Below are positions 18,949 to 26,834 of a stretch of DNA of 64,000 nt, in pieces. The stretch is from the sequence record NC_048170.1; one strand, given 5' to 3'. The stretch is from Escherichia phage vB_EcoM_Goslar. Within the stretch, counting starts at the first letter, position 1. Each line of letters starts with the position of its first letter. The translations under genes and the position numbers were made by a program. Under the pieces are notes generated by a model, which ran no database searches, was not told where the DNA came from, and saw nothing but the letters and a program-made list of their open reading frames with translations.

Positions 18949-19203
18949 CTCGATATATCTTCAAGCTATCCAAATGGGCAGATACTGCTCAATCTATCCA
19001 GAGCATGTGTTTTTCGTGAGCTCTCACGCATTGAGGGCGTCTCTGACTATCAATTCAGGAAGCTAGGTATCAACTTTATCACTGGAGGTAAAACGAACGC
19101 TGTAGACTTCTGTAGAATCGTTTATAAAGCGCCATCGATGTTTGAACTTTTAGAACATTTCGATGCGACGCGTCCAAAAGAGGAAGCGCGGACCATCGAA
19201 TGA
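18949..19203 (+). CDS. Candidate downstream exon: start-less open frame with polB motif-A-like sequence (LDISSSYPNGQ), stop at 19201-19203
   Basis: 86-codon open frame with no start codon until its last 21 codons; DISSSYP resembles DxxSLYPS; joining after 17186 to 18949 would be in frame and obey U at the 5' splice site and G at the intron 3' end. Confidence 0.3.
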   Translation, partial: LDISSSYPNGQILLNLSRACVFRELSRIEGVSDYQFRKLGINFITGGKTNAVDFCRIVYKAPSMFELLEHFDATRPKEEARTIE

Positions 19204-19245
19204 ATCAAGTATGTTGATCCTCGTTTAACAAAAAGAAAACGCATG

Positions 19246-19284
19246 CGAAGCCCCTCCCCCTGGCGGAAGCCGGAGGGAGGGGTG
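19246..19284 (-). terminator. Rho-independent terminator of the gene ending at 19289
   Basis: CCCCTCCC...GGGAGGGG stem with inner CTGGC/GCCGG pairing, followed on the minus strand by a T-rich tract (GTTTTCTTTTTGTT). Confidence 0.65.
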
Positions 19285-19288
19285 AGGT

Positions 19289-19774
19289 TTATGCGCGTTC
19301 GTTGCCAACCGTTACTTTGTAGTCAGCGTCGGTTAAGAAAATAGACAGGAATCCATGTTCTTTGCAAATCTTACTAAGGATGTCAGCAATGATTTCGTTG
19401 ATCATCGGCTTGTTTGCAAGGGCATAGATGTACCCGGGTGTAAAAGAAAGTGCGTGATTGATCATAGGCTCATGAGAAGCCAAGATAAGGATCACGTGAT
19501 GCTTCCCATCGTCGGTAACGACCGCTTGCGTAGACACGAAGAAATCAGTGAAGCAGCAGCGATCACAGGCTTTAGGTATATACAAGTCACCCAGAGCTTC
19601 GTCACGTGCTTTTACGTGTGTTTCAGGGGTAATGCTGCTAAGTTGATCTTCAGCGAGATCCAAGACATCCTCAATCGTTTTAAGAATAGCGTTGCGGAAA
19701 TCCTCACGGTAGAATGGGATGATATCACGATCGTTCATGTAATCGCCGGATTCGATAGTAAAGTTGATGTTCAT
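19289..19774 (-). CDS. Hypothetical small protein (161 aa)
   Basis: ORF track; terminator immediately downstream; preferred over the overlapping + strand ORF 19355..19777. Confidence 0.75.
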   Translation of the reverse strand: MNINFTIESGDYMNDRDIIPFYREDFRNAILKTIEDVLDLAEDQLSSITPETHVKARDEALGDLYIPKACDRCCFTDFFVSTQAVVTDDGKHHVILILASHEPMINHALSFTPGYIYALANKPMINEIIADILSKICKEHGFLSIFLTDADYKVTVGNERA

Positions 19775-19884
19775 TGAATGCTCCTAGTGGTTATGTCGAT
19801 TGATTGATGTGTTAATTTATGTTTGATGGGGTATACTTGAAACTACAAATAAGGCTCTTGGCGTTGCTGTTATGGTTCAGTTCT

Positions 19885-20334
19885 TTATCCCTTGTTGGAT
19901 TCGTCAATATACTTGGTGTCGTAAGACAAATGCTGAATTAATTTTCTAGGTCTGATGAAAATACGACATGTGATAAACACATCGGGATCGTATTGTTCCA
20001 CGCAACGTCCGAAGGCTCGTTTTGCGGACTGACGCATCAAGGCTAATTCCTGATCGTTCATCTCATCATCAAATTCGATGAGTATTGTTATTTTATCGGG
20101 AAATAAATAGATAGAGTAATCGCTACCGATATCACCGTCGTCAAAACGATAATCGTTGTGGTAATGGCGGAGCTTACCTTCGTGCTCCGCCTGGTACCAC
20201 CCGACGATACTATCAAGGCCCATACCCAGGCGTCCGAATGCCTGATTAATAATATCATCAACGACGGATGCAGGTGTGGGGCCATTGAATAATCTATCCA
20301 GACATTTTTTCATCGATTTGGTTTTCACGTTCAT
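19885..20334 (-). CDS. Hypothetical small protein (~149 aa; probable start at the second Met, MNVKTK)
   Basis: ORF track 19885..20361; AGGAAAAG RBS before the internal ATG. Confidence 0.7.
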   Translation of the reverse strand: MNVKTKSMKKCLDRLFNGPTPASVVDDIINQAFGRLGMGLDSIVGWYQAEHEGKLRHYHNDYRFDDGDIGSDYSIYLFPDKITILIEFDDEMNDQELALMRQSAKRAFGRCVEQYDPDVFITCRIFIRPRKLIQHLSYDTKYIDESNKG

Positions 20335-20363
20335 TGTTTCTTTTCCTGTTATAGTCAACATAT

Positions 20364-20398
20364 AGCCCTTCCCCGGCCTTGACGGCTAGGGAAGGGGC
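20364..20398 (-). terminator. Stem-loop (AGCCCTTCCCC / GGGAAGGGGCT) between tandem genes
   Basis: Inverted repeat read directly. Confidence 0.5.
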
Positions 20399-20423
20399 TA
20401 GGTACGTTATTTATGCTTCATTA

Positions 20424-20909
20424 TCAACCAGAGATGTTGCACGTTTCTTCTTCGTCGAGTGCGTACTCCATTGTGTAGAATTCATAACCATCGGAAAACT
20501 TGAGTGTTACTGTAATAGGGAAATCGCACGGCATAGCTGATTTCTTAAATGCGTTATTAGCAACATCAGCCAACCGACGTATAGCATCAGTCCCGCTGAC
20601 ACTGAATGGTAGTTGTATGTTGATAAGGATGCGGTGCTTGTAAACATAGAAAACAACGGTGCTGTCAAGATAAACGCTATGGAACGGTATTGTTGGGATG
20701 CGTTCCACGATGGTAAAATACGTCCCATCAATATCACTATTTCCCACTGACCACTTATCGGATTTGCGTAGATTTTCTTTGAGGAATTCGACGCTTCGAG
20801 TGACAGCCTCAGTAGTAGGTGCGACGTATGCGTCTTTATGCGTGTCGAAAAGTTCGTTGACGTTAGATTTGAATGAATACGCTGTTGCCATTTTGATAAC
20901 ACCGGTCAT
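20424..20909 (-). CDS. Hypothetical small protein (161 aa), paralogous to 20952..21449
   Basis: ORF track; shared C-terminal pattern (MP..ITVTLKFSDGYEFY versus MPVTLTISGHDGSGLFEFHY). Confidence 0.75.
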   Translation of the reverse strand: MTGVIKMATAYSFKSNVNELFDTHKDAYVAPTTEAVTRSVEFLKENLRKSDKWSVGNSDIDGTYFTIVERIPTIPFHSVYLDSTVVFYVYKHRILINIQLPFSVSGTDAIRRLADVANNAFKKSAMPCDFPITVTLKFSDGYEFYTMEYALDEEETCNISG

Positions 20910-20951
20910 GTTTAATTGATGAGTATTCCATCTAGTAAGGGAATACGTTAT

Positions 20952-21449
20952 TTAGCTATCGATCTCGCCATCTTCAGGATGGTAGTGGAATTCGAATAGC
21001 CCTGAACCATCGTGCCCGCTGATTGTTAATGTAACAGGCATATCGAATCCTCGTACGCGTTTATGAAAACACTCCGCTAACTTACGTTCAGCGTAATCTA
21101 CTATTTCATCGGTTGCTTCGACGCCACCTGTTACGCTGAGCGTGATATCGATACTAATGATGTTATCATGCAACGCAAACCGCCAACGATCGATACGATT
21201 ATTATCTTCAGCAGGCGTCTCGTTTACAAGATAGATTTTATCGTCAGCTGACAAAGCGGGACTCCAGCAACGTTCGTTTATTAATTTCGCCTGGAGTTTT
21301 AGTATCGTCTGATCAATAATATCCCAACACGTAACCAGCGTGACGTCAGGCACTGAATTGAGAAGGGCGAGCACTTTATCCTTTATTTTAAGTGCTTCCG
21401 CAGGACGCCCGCAAATACCATGCATTTCAACTTTCTTATCCATATTCAC
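20952..21449 (-). CDS. Hypothetical small protein (165 aa), paralogous to 20424..20909
   Basis: ORF track; similarity to neighbour. Confidence 0.75.
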   Translation of the reverse strand: MNMDKKVEMHGICGRPAEALKIKDKVLALLNSVPDVTLVTCWDIIDQTILKLQAKLINERCWSPALSADDKIYLVNETPAEDNNRIDRWRFALHDNIISIDITLSVTGGVEATDEIVDYAERKLAECFHKRVRGFDMPVTLTISGHDGSGLFEFHYHPEDGEIDS

Positions 21450-21495
21450 TTCTTCACTTCTTTCTTAATCTAAATGTTAGTTGGGGATGGGATGC

Positions 21496-22128
21496 TTACA
21501 TGCTTTCTAACATATCGATGATCATGGAACCCATACCGAAACTCGGTCTCTCGCCGATGTACTCAGCAAGCTGACGATGAACGTCTTTTGGATTTCCTTC
21601 TTCACCGTCGGCATCGATGTAGACCGAAAAAGAAAATGAATCGGAATCCACGCTGATAACCAGACGGCGTTCATTGCGTTCCTTGAGTGTATCGACAATA
21701 GCCGCTTTCAGTACCGCGATCGCATTCATCGCGTGCAAGATGTCTCCATCGGGTTTCGGTAGATCGATCTTTTCTTTCAGGTCGATATTGATGTTGGTTA
21801 CAATTGGATTGAGGTCGACCTTGACATAATCGTTAGGGAAAACGCGAATAATTGCACGATCGATATCTGAACCGTAAAAGTCAACACGTGGCTTTAACAC
21901 TTCTTTGTTTGGATCCATGTTTTCATCCATCCCGGCCTGCAAGAAACGTTCTACGTTATCCAGTTCACGATAAACTGACGCTTCGATTTCTTTCAGATAG
22001 TTGGCTGCGGTTTCATGTTCTTTACGCAGCTCGTCTTTAAGGAGCTGTACGGTGACTTCACTAGAACGAATGCTGTTCGCGAATTGGGTAATTGACATAT
22101 CGAATTCCTTAAATTCTCTTGAGTTCAA
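21496..22128 (-). CDS. Hypothetical protein (210 aa)
   Basis: ORF track; AAGGAA RBS. Confidence 0.8.
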   Translation of the reverse strand: MNSREFKEFDMSITQFANSIRSSEVTVQLLKDELRKEHETAANYLKEIEASVYRELDNVERFLQAGMDENMDPNKEVLKPRVDFYGSDIDRAIIRVFPNDYVKVDLNPIVTNINIDLKEKIDLPKPDGDILHAMNAIAVLKAAIVDTLKERNERRLVISVDSDSFSFSVYIDADGEEGNPKDVHRQLAEYIGERPSFGMGSMIIDMLESM

Positions 22129-22146
22129 TTAATGATGAAAAGCTGT

Positions 22147-22172
22147 AAAAAAAAGGTGGGGCGAACCCCACC
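22147..22172 (-). terminator. Rho-independent terminator (GGTGGGGCGAACCCCACC hairpin with an 8-nt T run on the minus strand)
   Basis: Hairpin plus A8 on the + strand, directly downstream of the gene ending at 22197. Confidence 0.65.
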
Positions 22173-22196
22173 AAAACGTCAGACACACGCAGAAAA

Positions 22197-22622
22197 TCAA
22201 TTCAGTGATGCATATAACGCATAACGACTGTAGATCTCAACCGCCGGTCCGTTATGCGTTAACAGACCATCCCGGTTGTAATACTGGAAAAATGAATAAC
22301 GTTTGTCGAAGTGATAAACAAAAGCAATGTCTTTGCCGTCAAAACCTGTGATGCGTGGTCTGTTTTTATCTAACAATGCTTTGACTTTTAACAGTGTTGC
22401 CGCACGTGCTTTAACGTTAGGGATTAATCCATCACAGTCGATATAAACGGTGTAACCTGTTTCAGATGTTGCGACGGTTGTATTACGATTGACGCGGAAG
22501 ATTTTTGTTTCGTATGTACTATCTTCAAGAATTGGGTTTTGTTTTTCGTATTTTCGTTTACGTAGAAATTCTACAACGGTGATATAGTTAGCGGTAATAT
22601 GCCCGGTTATAGCTTGTAACAT
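22197..22622 (-). CDS. Hypothetical protein (141 aa)
   Basis: ORF track; preceded by the conserved upstream element. Confidence 0.75.
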   Translation of the reverse strand: MLQAITGHITANYITVVEFLRKRKYEKQNPILEDSTYETKIFRVNRNTTVATSETGYTVYIDCDGLIPNVKARAATLLKVKALLDKNRPRITGFDGKDIAFVYHFDKRYSFFQYYNRDGLLTHNGPAVEIYSRYALYASLN

Positions 22623-22735
22623 CTCGACATCCTTTTATATTGGATTGATTGCAATTGTCTTAAATAGATGATAAGATATTTTGCTCTTATCACTAAGGTA
22701 ATGTAGTCGTGAAATAAACTGCGTTAACAAGAAAT
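22623..22735 (-). promoter_or_regulatory. Conserved upstream element, copy A (second copy at 49717..49812): conserved flanks around a covarying hairpin, ending in AAGGA RBS and ATG
   Basis: Near-identical 25 nt (CATCCTTTTATATTGGATTGrTTGC on the + strand) and a second conserved block (CACyTAAGgTAATrTAGyCGTGAAA) flank hairpins of different sequence (GATAAGA/TCTTATC here, GGTGAAGC/GCTTCACC in copy B). Confidence 0.45.
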
Positions 22736-22797
22736 AAAAACAGCATAGAACCCTCCTCCCCCATCCTTCAAGAGGACGGTGGGAAGAGGGAGAGAGA

Positions 22798-23199
22798 TTA
22801 AATGTCGTGGACGGCATTGCCGTTTAACCAGCAATACAGTTTAACGCGACAGGAATACCGCTTCGTTGCAGCAACCATTTCATCGCGTAAACGCTGGTAG
22901 ATTTCATCCTGGTGTTCACGTTCAATGGGGTAATCAGCCCAACATTCGATCATGACGTCACCATTAGTCAGAATCGTCGTACGCATCCTGTCCTGGACAC
23001 GACGATCTTTCCCAGCATTAGGGAAATACATCCCTTCAGTACGAATAAGGTCGCCGCAGGGCATGACTAACCATTCGTTCGTTTTGCCGGTATTCTTATA
23101 ATCCATTACAGCTTGCATTGCGGTGTCAACGCTAAAAGAAACATAATTCCAAACGGATGTCCAACGATAGATTGCGGGTTGTTCGAGTGTTTCGTTCAT
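22798..23199 (-). CDS. Hypothetical protein (133 aa)
   Basis: ORF track. Confidence 0.75.
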   Translation of the reverse strand: MNETLEQPAIYRWTSVWNYVSFSVDTAMQAVMDYKNTGKTNEWLVMPCGDLIRTEGMYFPNAGKDRRVQDRMRTTILTNGDVMIECWADYPIEREHQDEIYQRLRDEMVAATKRYSCRVKLYCWLNGNAVHDI

Positions 23200-23254
23200 G
23201 GAGTGCTTTTCCTATTTTTATTTTCTGCACAGGATAAATTCAACGGCATAAAGC

Positions 23255-23285
23255 CCTTCCCTGCCCTTATATGGGGCGGGAAGAG
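23255..23285 (-). terminator. Imperfect stem-loop (CTTCCCTGCCC / GGGCGGGAAG)
   Basis: Inverted repeat in a 210-bp intergenic region. Confidence 0.45.
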
Positions 23286-23412
23286 TTTATGACCGCAATG
23301 AGAATCTCTCACGACAAGCTCACGACGATTATCGCATCACCCCGCGAGTGAGGGAGATCAGGATCACCTCCTACGTCGTAACGACAGCAATCCCGTTACG
23401 TCGCATTAGACG

Positions 23413-24051
23413 TTATGCAAAGCGACGCATGTAACCTGCCAGGTAGTTACGTGTATCGAAGTAGGCAATTTCAGGAATTGCGATATTAAGGTCGATAGCA
23501 CGGATTTCAACTTGGCGACGGCTTTCATCATAGATCGCATCCATCAGACGCAGTACTGTCAGGAAAGCCATGCGGGTATGGTAGTCCAGCGGCATGTTAT
23601 CGATACCGCGATACAGATAACGGTTTGCGTTAAATGCCCCTTCGCTGTTATCTTTCCAGATCTTCAGAATATCAGCAAAGGCGGTGCGGAAAACCTCAGG
23701 ATTATCCACATCCAGTAACGCACGGAAAGCAGACATTAAAGACCGCTGATGACGGATCAACGACTGCGGTGTTTGCGGCATGGTTGGACCCATTTCTTCC
23801 GCATATTTCTGGAACGGGGCAACCAGGGTTGCGGCACGAGAAGCCACGATAGAAACAGCAGGCGATTCTTTCACCGCCGGTTTCGCAGGCTTTTCTTCAA
23901 CAACGGTTTCCTTCTTCTCAACAGCGACCGTTTCCGGCTGTGCTACAACGTTGTTGGTCGGAGCAGCAGCCGCACCATTTTCCACGGCGGTCTCTACTGC
24001 TGTAATCTTTTCGTCCATTTGTGCGGAACGTTGGTCTTTATTCTTGCTCAT
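23413..24051 (-). CDS. Hypothetical protein (212 aa) with Ala/Pro/Glu/Val-rich N-terminal region
   Basis: ORF track. Confidence 0.8.
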   Translation of the reverse strand: MSKNKDQRSAQMDEKITAVETAVENGAAAAPTNNVVAQPETVAVEKKETVVEEKPAKPAVKESPAVSIVASRAATLVAPFQKYAEEMGPTMPQTPQSLIRHQRSLMSAFRALLDVDNPEVFRTAFADILKIWKDNSEGAFNANRYLYRGIDNMPLDYHTRMAFLTVLRLMDAIYDESRRQVEIRAIDLNIAIPEIAYFDTRNYLAGYMRRFA

Positions 24052-24076
24052 GTTTATTTCCTTTCATTTAACAAGG

Positions 24077-25378
24077 TTAACTAATATAAAGTTCAGGATC
24101 GTAAGGCGCTAACGATACACTGGCGTTATGCATTGCTTTCATCATAGTGTTCATGAAAACGTTGTTTACACCGGTGATCTCCGCCCCGATCGCGTCTGGG
24201 GTTGGAGCCATCGCGTTACCGCAACAGGTAGCACAGTATTCCAACGGACCCGCTTTACAGCGCTGAGGATCGCGTAACTTGATGGTTTGTCCTTCCAAGG
24301 AAGCAAGTAATTCAGCATCAATAAGTTTAAGCGCCGCACCGTCGATCATGTAACGGCCGACAAGCAGCTTATCTTTGATATGATCGCGGTTTACCGTGAA
24401 CAGAATATGTTCTTGGGTACCACAGTCGTCCATCGTGATTTTAAGGTTCTGTGTCGCACGTTGTGATTCTTTCGCCGTCTGTCCCGCTAAAGCGGTCAAC
24501 GCACCACGTGAGAACGAACCCGCACGTGCACTGTTGTTGTACTCCGCCCAATGGTCGACACGCATCCCTTCAGCCAGGCTGTGCGTGATAACGTTACGTT
24601 TACCAGGGTCAACGAAGTCGGCTTCAACCCCCATCATGATGTGCGTTTTCTTTCGAGTATTACCGAAACTCTTGCCAGGGTTAATATAGAACCCTTCCGA
24701 TTCGTCGCCCTTAAAGGATTCCTTATCCATTTTGGTTAGCGTGGCTTCGAGTTTAATAAGTTCTTCAGGCGTGAACTTACCTTCCTCTTGCAGACGCGCT
24801 AACTCTTTATCACGATAGGCAATAATATCGTCATCGACCGTTAACGCTTTATCGCTCATCGATGGGACAATTAAACGGTTGATGGCGGTTAATGCGCTGA
24901 TATTGTTGGTGAATTTCTTCACTTCGCTTGCGTACAGCGGGCCAATAGGACGTTCGTTAGGATCGGGTATCCCCTCTTCGGGATCGTCCGCTACGCGCGG
25001 CGCAATCAGTGATTCCAGTGTACCGCTGGTCAACCGTCCTGCCTGATATTCAATCTGAATACCGAAAGCATCATAAAGGACGTACATATTGAACAACGCT
25101 TCACCGAAGGTTGTGGTGGTCGTATTCTTAACCGACGGTAGATCACCAGGTGCGAGCTCCAATGGCTCCCAGAAACTCAACAAGGGTTTTGTTGGCTCGG
25201 TTTCCCATTGATGTTCCTCACCGTCGATGGTAACCGTAACGACGTTACCTTGACGACGTAATTTGGGCTGATACTTCTCAGCACCACCTTCCGTAAAAGC
25301 AAATGCGTCGTTAATCCATTCAAGATAACGGTAGTGCCCTTCACGCATCGCGTAAAGGAAATATTCACGAGGTGTCAT
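24077..25378 (-). CDS. Multisubunit RNA polymerase beta-prime C-terminal fragment (bridge helix / trigger loop region)
   Basis: NSARAGSFSRGALTALAGQTAKESQRATQNLKITMDDCGT matches the E. coli beta-prime segment [42 protein letters not shown] recalled from memory; ORF is only 433 aa, so a split subunit. Confidence 0.65.
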   Translation of the reverse strand: MTPREYFLYAMREGHYRYLEWINDAFAFTEGGAEKYQPKLRRQGNVVTVTIDGEEHQWETEPTKPLLSFWEPLELAPGDLPSVKNTTTTTFGEALFNMYVLYDAFGIQIEYQAGRLTSGTLESLIAPRVADDPEEGIPDPNERPIGPLYASEVKKFTNNISALTAINRLIVPSMSDKALTVDDDIIAYRDKELARLQEEGKFTPEELIKLEATLTKMDKESFKGDESEGFYINPGKSFGNTRKKTHIMMGVEADFVDPGKRNVITHSLAEGMRVDHWAEYNNSARAGSFSRGALTALAGQTAKESQRATQNLKITMDDCGTQEHILFTVNRDHIKDKLLVGRYMIDGAALKLIDAELLASLEGQTIKLRDPQRCKAGPLEYCATCCGNAMAPTPDAIGAEITGVNNVFMNTMMKAMHNASVSLAPYDPELYIS

Positions 25379-25391
25379 GTAACAACTCCTT

Positions 25392-26270
25392 TTAAACCTG
25401 GGTCAGGTCGCCGCGACGTGAAACGAACTCTGATAACGCTCGGGTTGCTTCTTTGGATTCTTCAGCCATCGGGAAGTTTGCGGTAATAAGTTCTCGTAAG
25501 ACGGGAATAATTTCATTATCTTCGAGATCAGAAGCTAAAGCGAATGCAATCAGTTCTTGGGTGTATGCATACGGTTGCTGGCGTAATGTAGCCAACTGAT
25601 TCCGACACTGCGCCATCAGCAAGTCTAGTGGAACCGCTATCGTACCCCCTTCATCAATATACTGGCTGAACACCGGTGGGAACGCATCGCTGATGACACG
25701 AATTCGTCGACGAATATGATCCGGAATCAGGACGTTTTCTTCGTCGGTGATATTTTCGCTGTCTTTCTCCAGCTTCTTGGTCAGTACCTGTTGAATGCGT
25801 GGAAGTAAGCTTGAATGTACGAAATTGATTAACGGTGTTACGTTAACAGCATCAACGCCGTAAATATGATGCGCGCATTCCGCCAGCACTTCAGCTGTGG
25901 TGTAGTCTTCATCTTCAACGATAGCGAGTAGAAAAGCGGTATCGTCGTGTGTTTCCAGGTCTAATAACGTAGACGCCAGTGCATGAAGATATTTCAGGCT
26001 ATCCAGAGTTAGCTGTCCTTCGTTAATTCGGATCCCGAAGGCAAGCAATTGTTGTTTATAAAGTTCGATACATCCGTTTGTTAAAATGATATCTAATTCG
26101 TTTAAATCGTATTGTTCCCCAGCACCTGATAACATCGTACTGCAGAACGTTTCCAGTTGTTCGCATTTAAAATCTTGGTATAAACGATGCATGCAGTGCT
26201 GTAACAGCGTACGCCTTGTTTCAGGGATCTTACCTTCTAACAAAGCCAAGACGGAATCAATCATATCCAC
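25392..26270 (-). CDS. Hypothetical protein (292 aa)
   Basis: ORF track. Confidence 0.8.
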   Translation of the reverse strand: MDMIDSVLALLEGKIPETRRTLLQHCMHRLYQDFKCEQLETFCSTMLSGAGEQYDLNELDIILTNGCIELYKQQLLAFGIRINEGQLTLDSLKYLHALASTLLDLETHDDTAFLLAIVEDEDYTTAEVLAECAHHIYGVDAVNVTPLINFVHSSLLPRIQQVLTKKLEKDSENITDEENVLIPDHIRRRIRVISDAFPPVFSQYIDEGGTIAVPLDLLMAQCRNQLATLRQQPYAYTQELIAFALASDLEDNEIIPVLRELITANFPMAEESKEATRALSEFVSRRGDLTQV

Positions 26271-26360
26271 TCCGATGCGGTAAATGTCTACTAGCTCTCA
26301 TAATCTATTGAAGAAACTACCAGCTTACGCCAACTTAGATTAATCAGGAGTAACCATCCC

Positions 26361-26834
26361 ATGCCAGTTTCATCCAAACCAAGAAAAAAATCCGTAGGAA
26401 ACCCTAAAGCTCAGGAAACAACAGCAATTCGTTGGGACGAGTTACGTGAACCTATCGAAAACTGCGAATTGTTATTGGGCACCCTGGGTGCGGCTATTTA
26501 CCAAGCGACGCAACCCTGTCGTTTACGATTAACCCAAAACAAACGTGATGAGTTCGTTGCGTTATCAACGAGCACGAATAAAGATCTGACCGAACTTCAA
26601 ACCGAGTTGACGACGATCAAGAACTCCATTACGCCGATGTATGGTAAAGAAGTCGATGAACAAAGTATTCTGTTACAGTACAACTACGGGATGTCGTTAA
26701 TGAACATCCTGGAACGCGCATCCGATATTCTGCGTCCTGACGTTGCACGCCTGAGCCAACTGCGTGTTGAAGGGATGGAGAACCAGATCCGATTCGCTAA
26801 CAGTGTTAAATCTCAAGGAGCCACCGAAGCATGA
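26361..26834 (+). CDS. Hypothetical protein (157 aa)
   Basis: ORF track; CAGGAG RBS. Confidence 0.8.
   Translation: MPVSSKPRKKSVGNPKAQETTAIRWDELREPIENCELLLGTLGAAIYQATQPCRLRLTQNKRDEFVALSTSTNKDLTELQTELTTIKNSITPMYGKEVDEQSILLQYNYGMSLMNILERASDILRPDVARLSQLRVEGMENQIRFANSVKSQGATEA

Noticed and set aside
18470-19290. Possible tRNA genes in the ORF-free region after the HNH gene
   Set aside because: No cloverleaf-compatible sequence with T-loop or anticodon-stem features was found by eye; group I intron core elements explain the region better
19355-19777. Plus-strand ORF (140 aa) overlapping the minus-strand gene 19289..19774
   Set aside because: The minus-strand ORF has a terminator directly downstream and matches the strand of the surrounding operon; the + ORF lacks a convincing RBS
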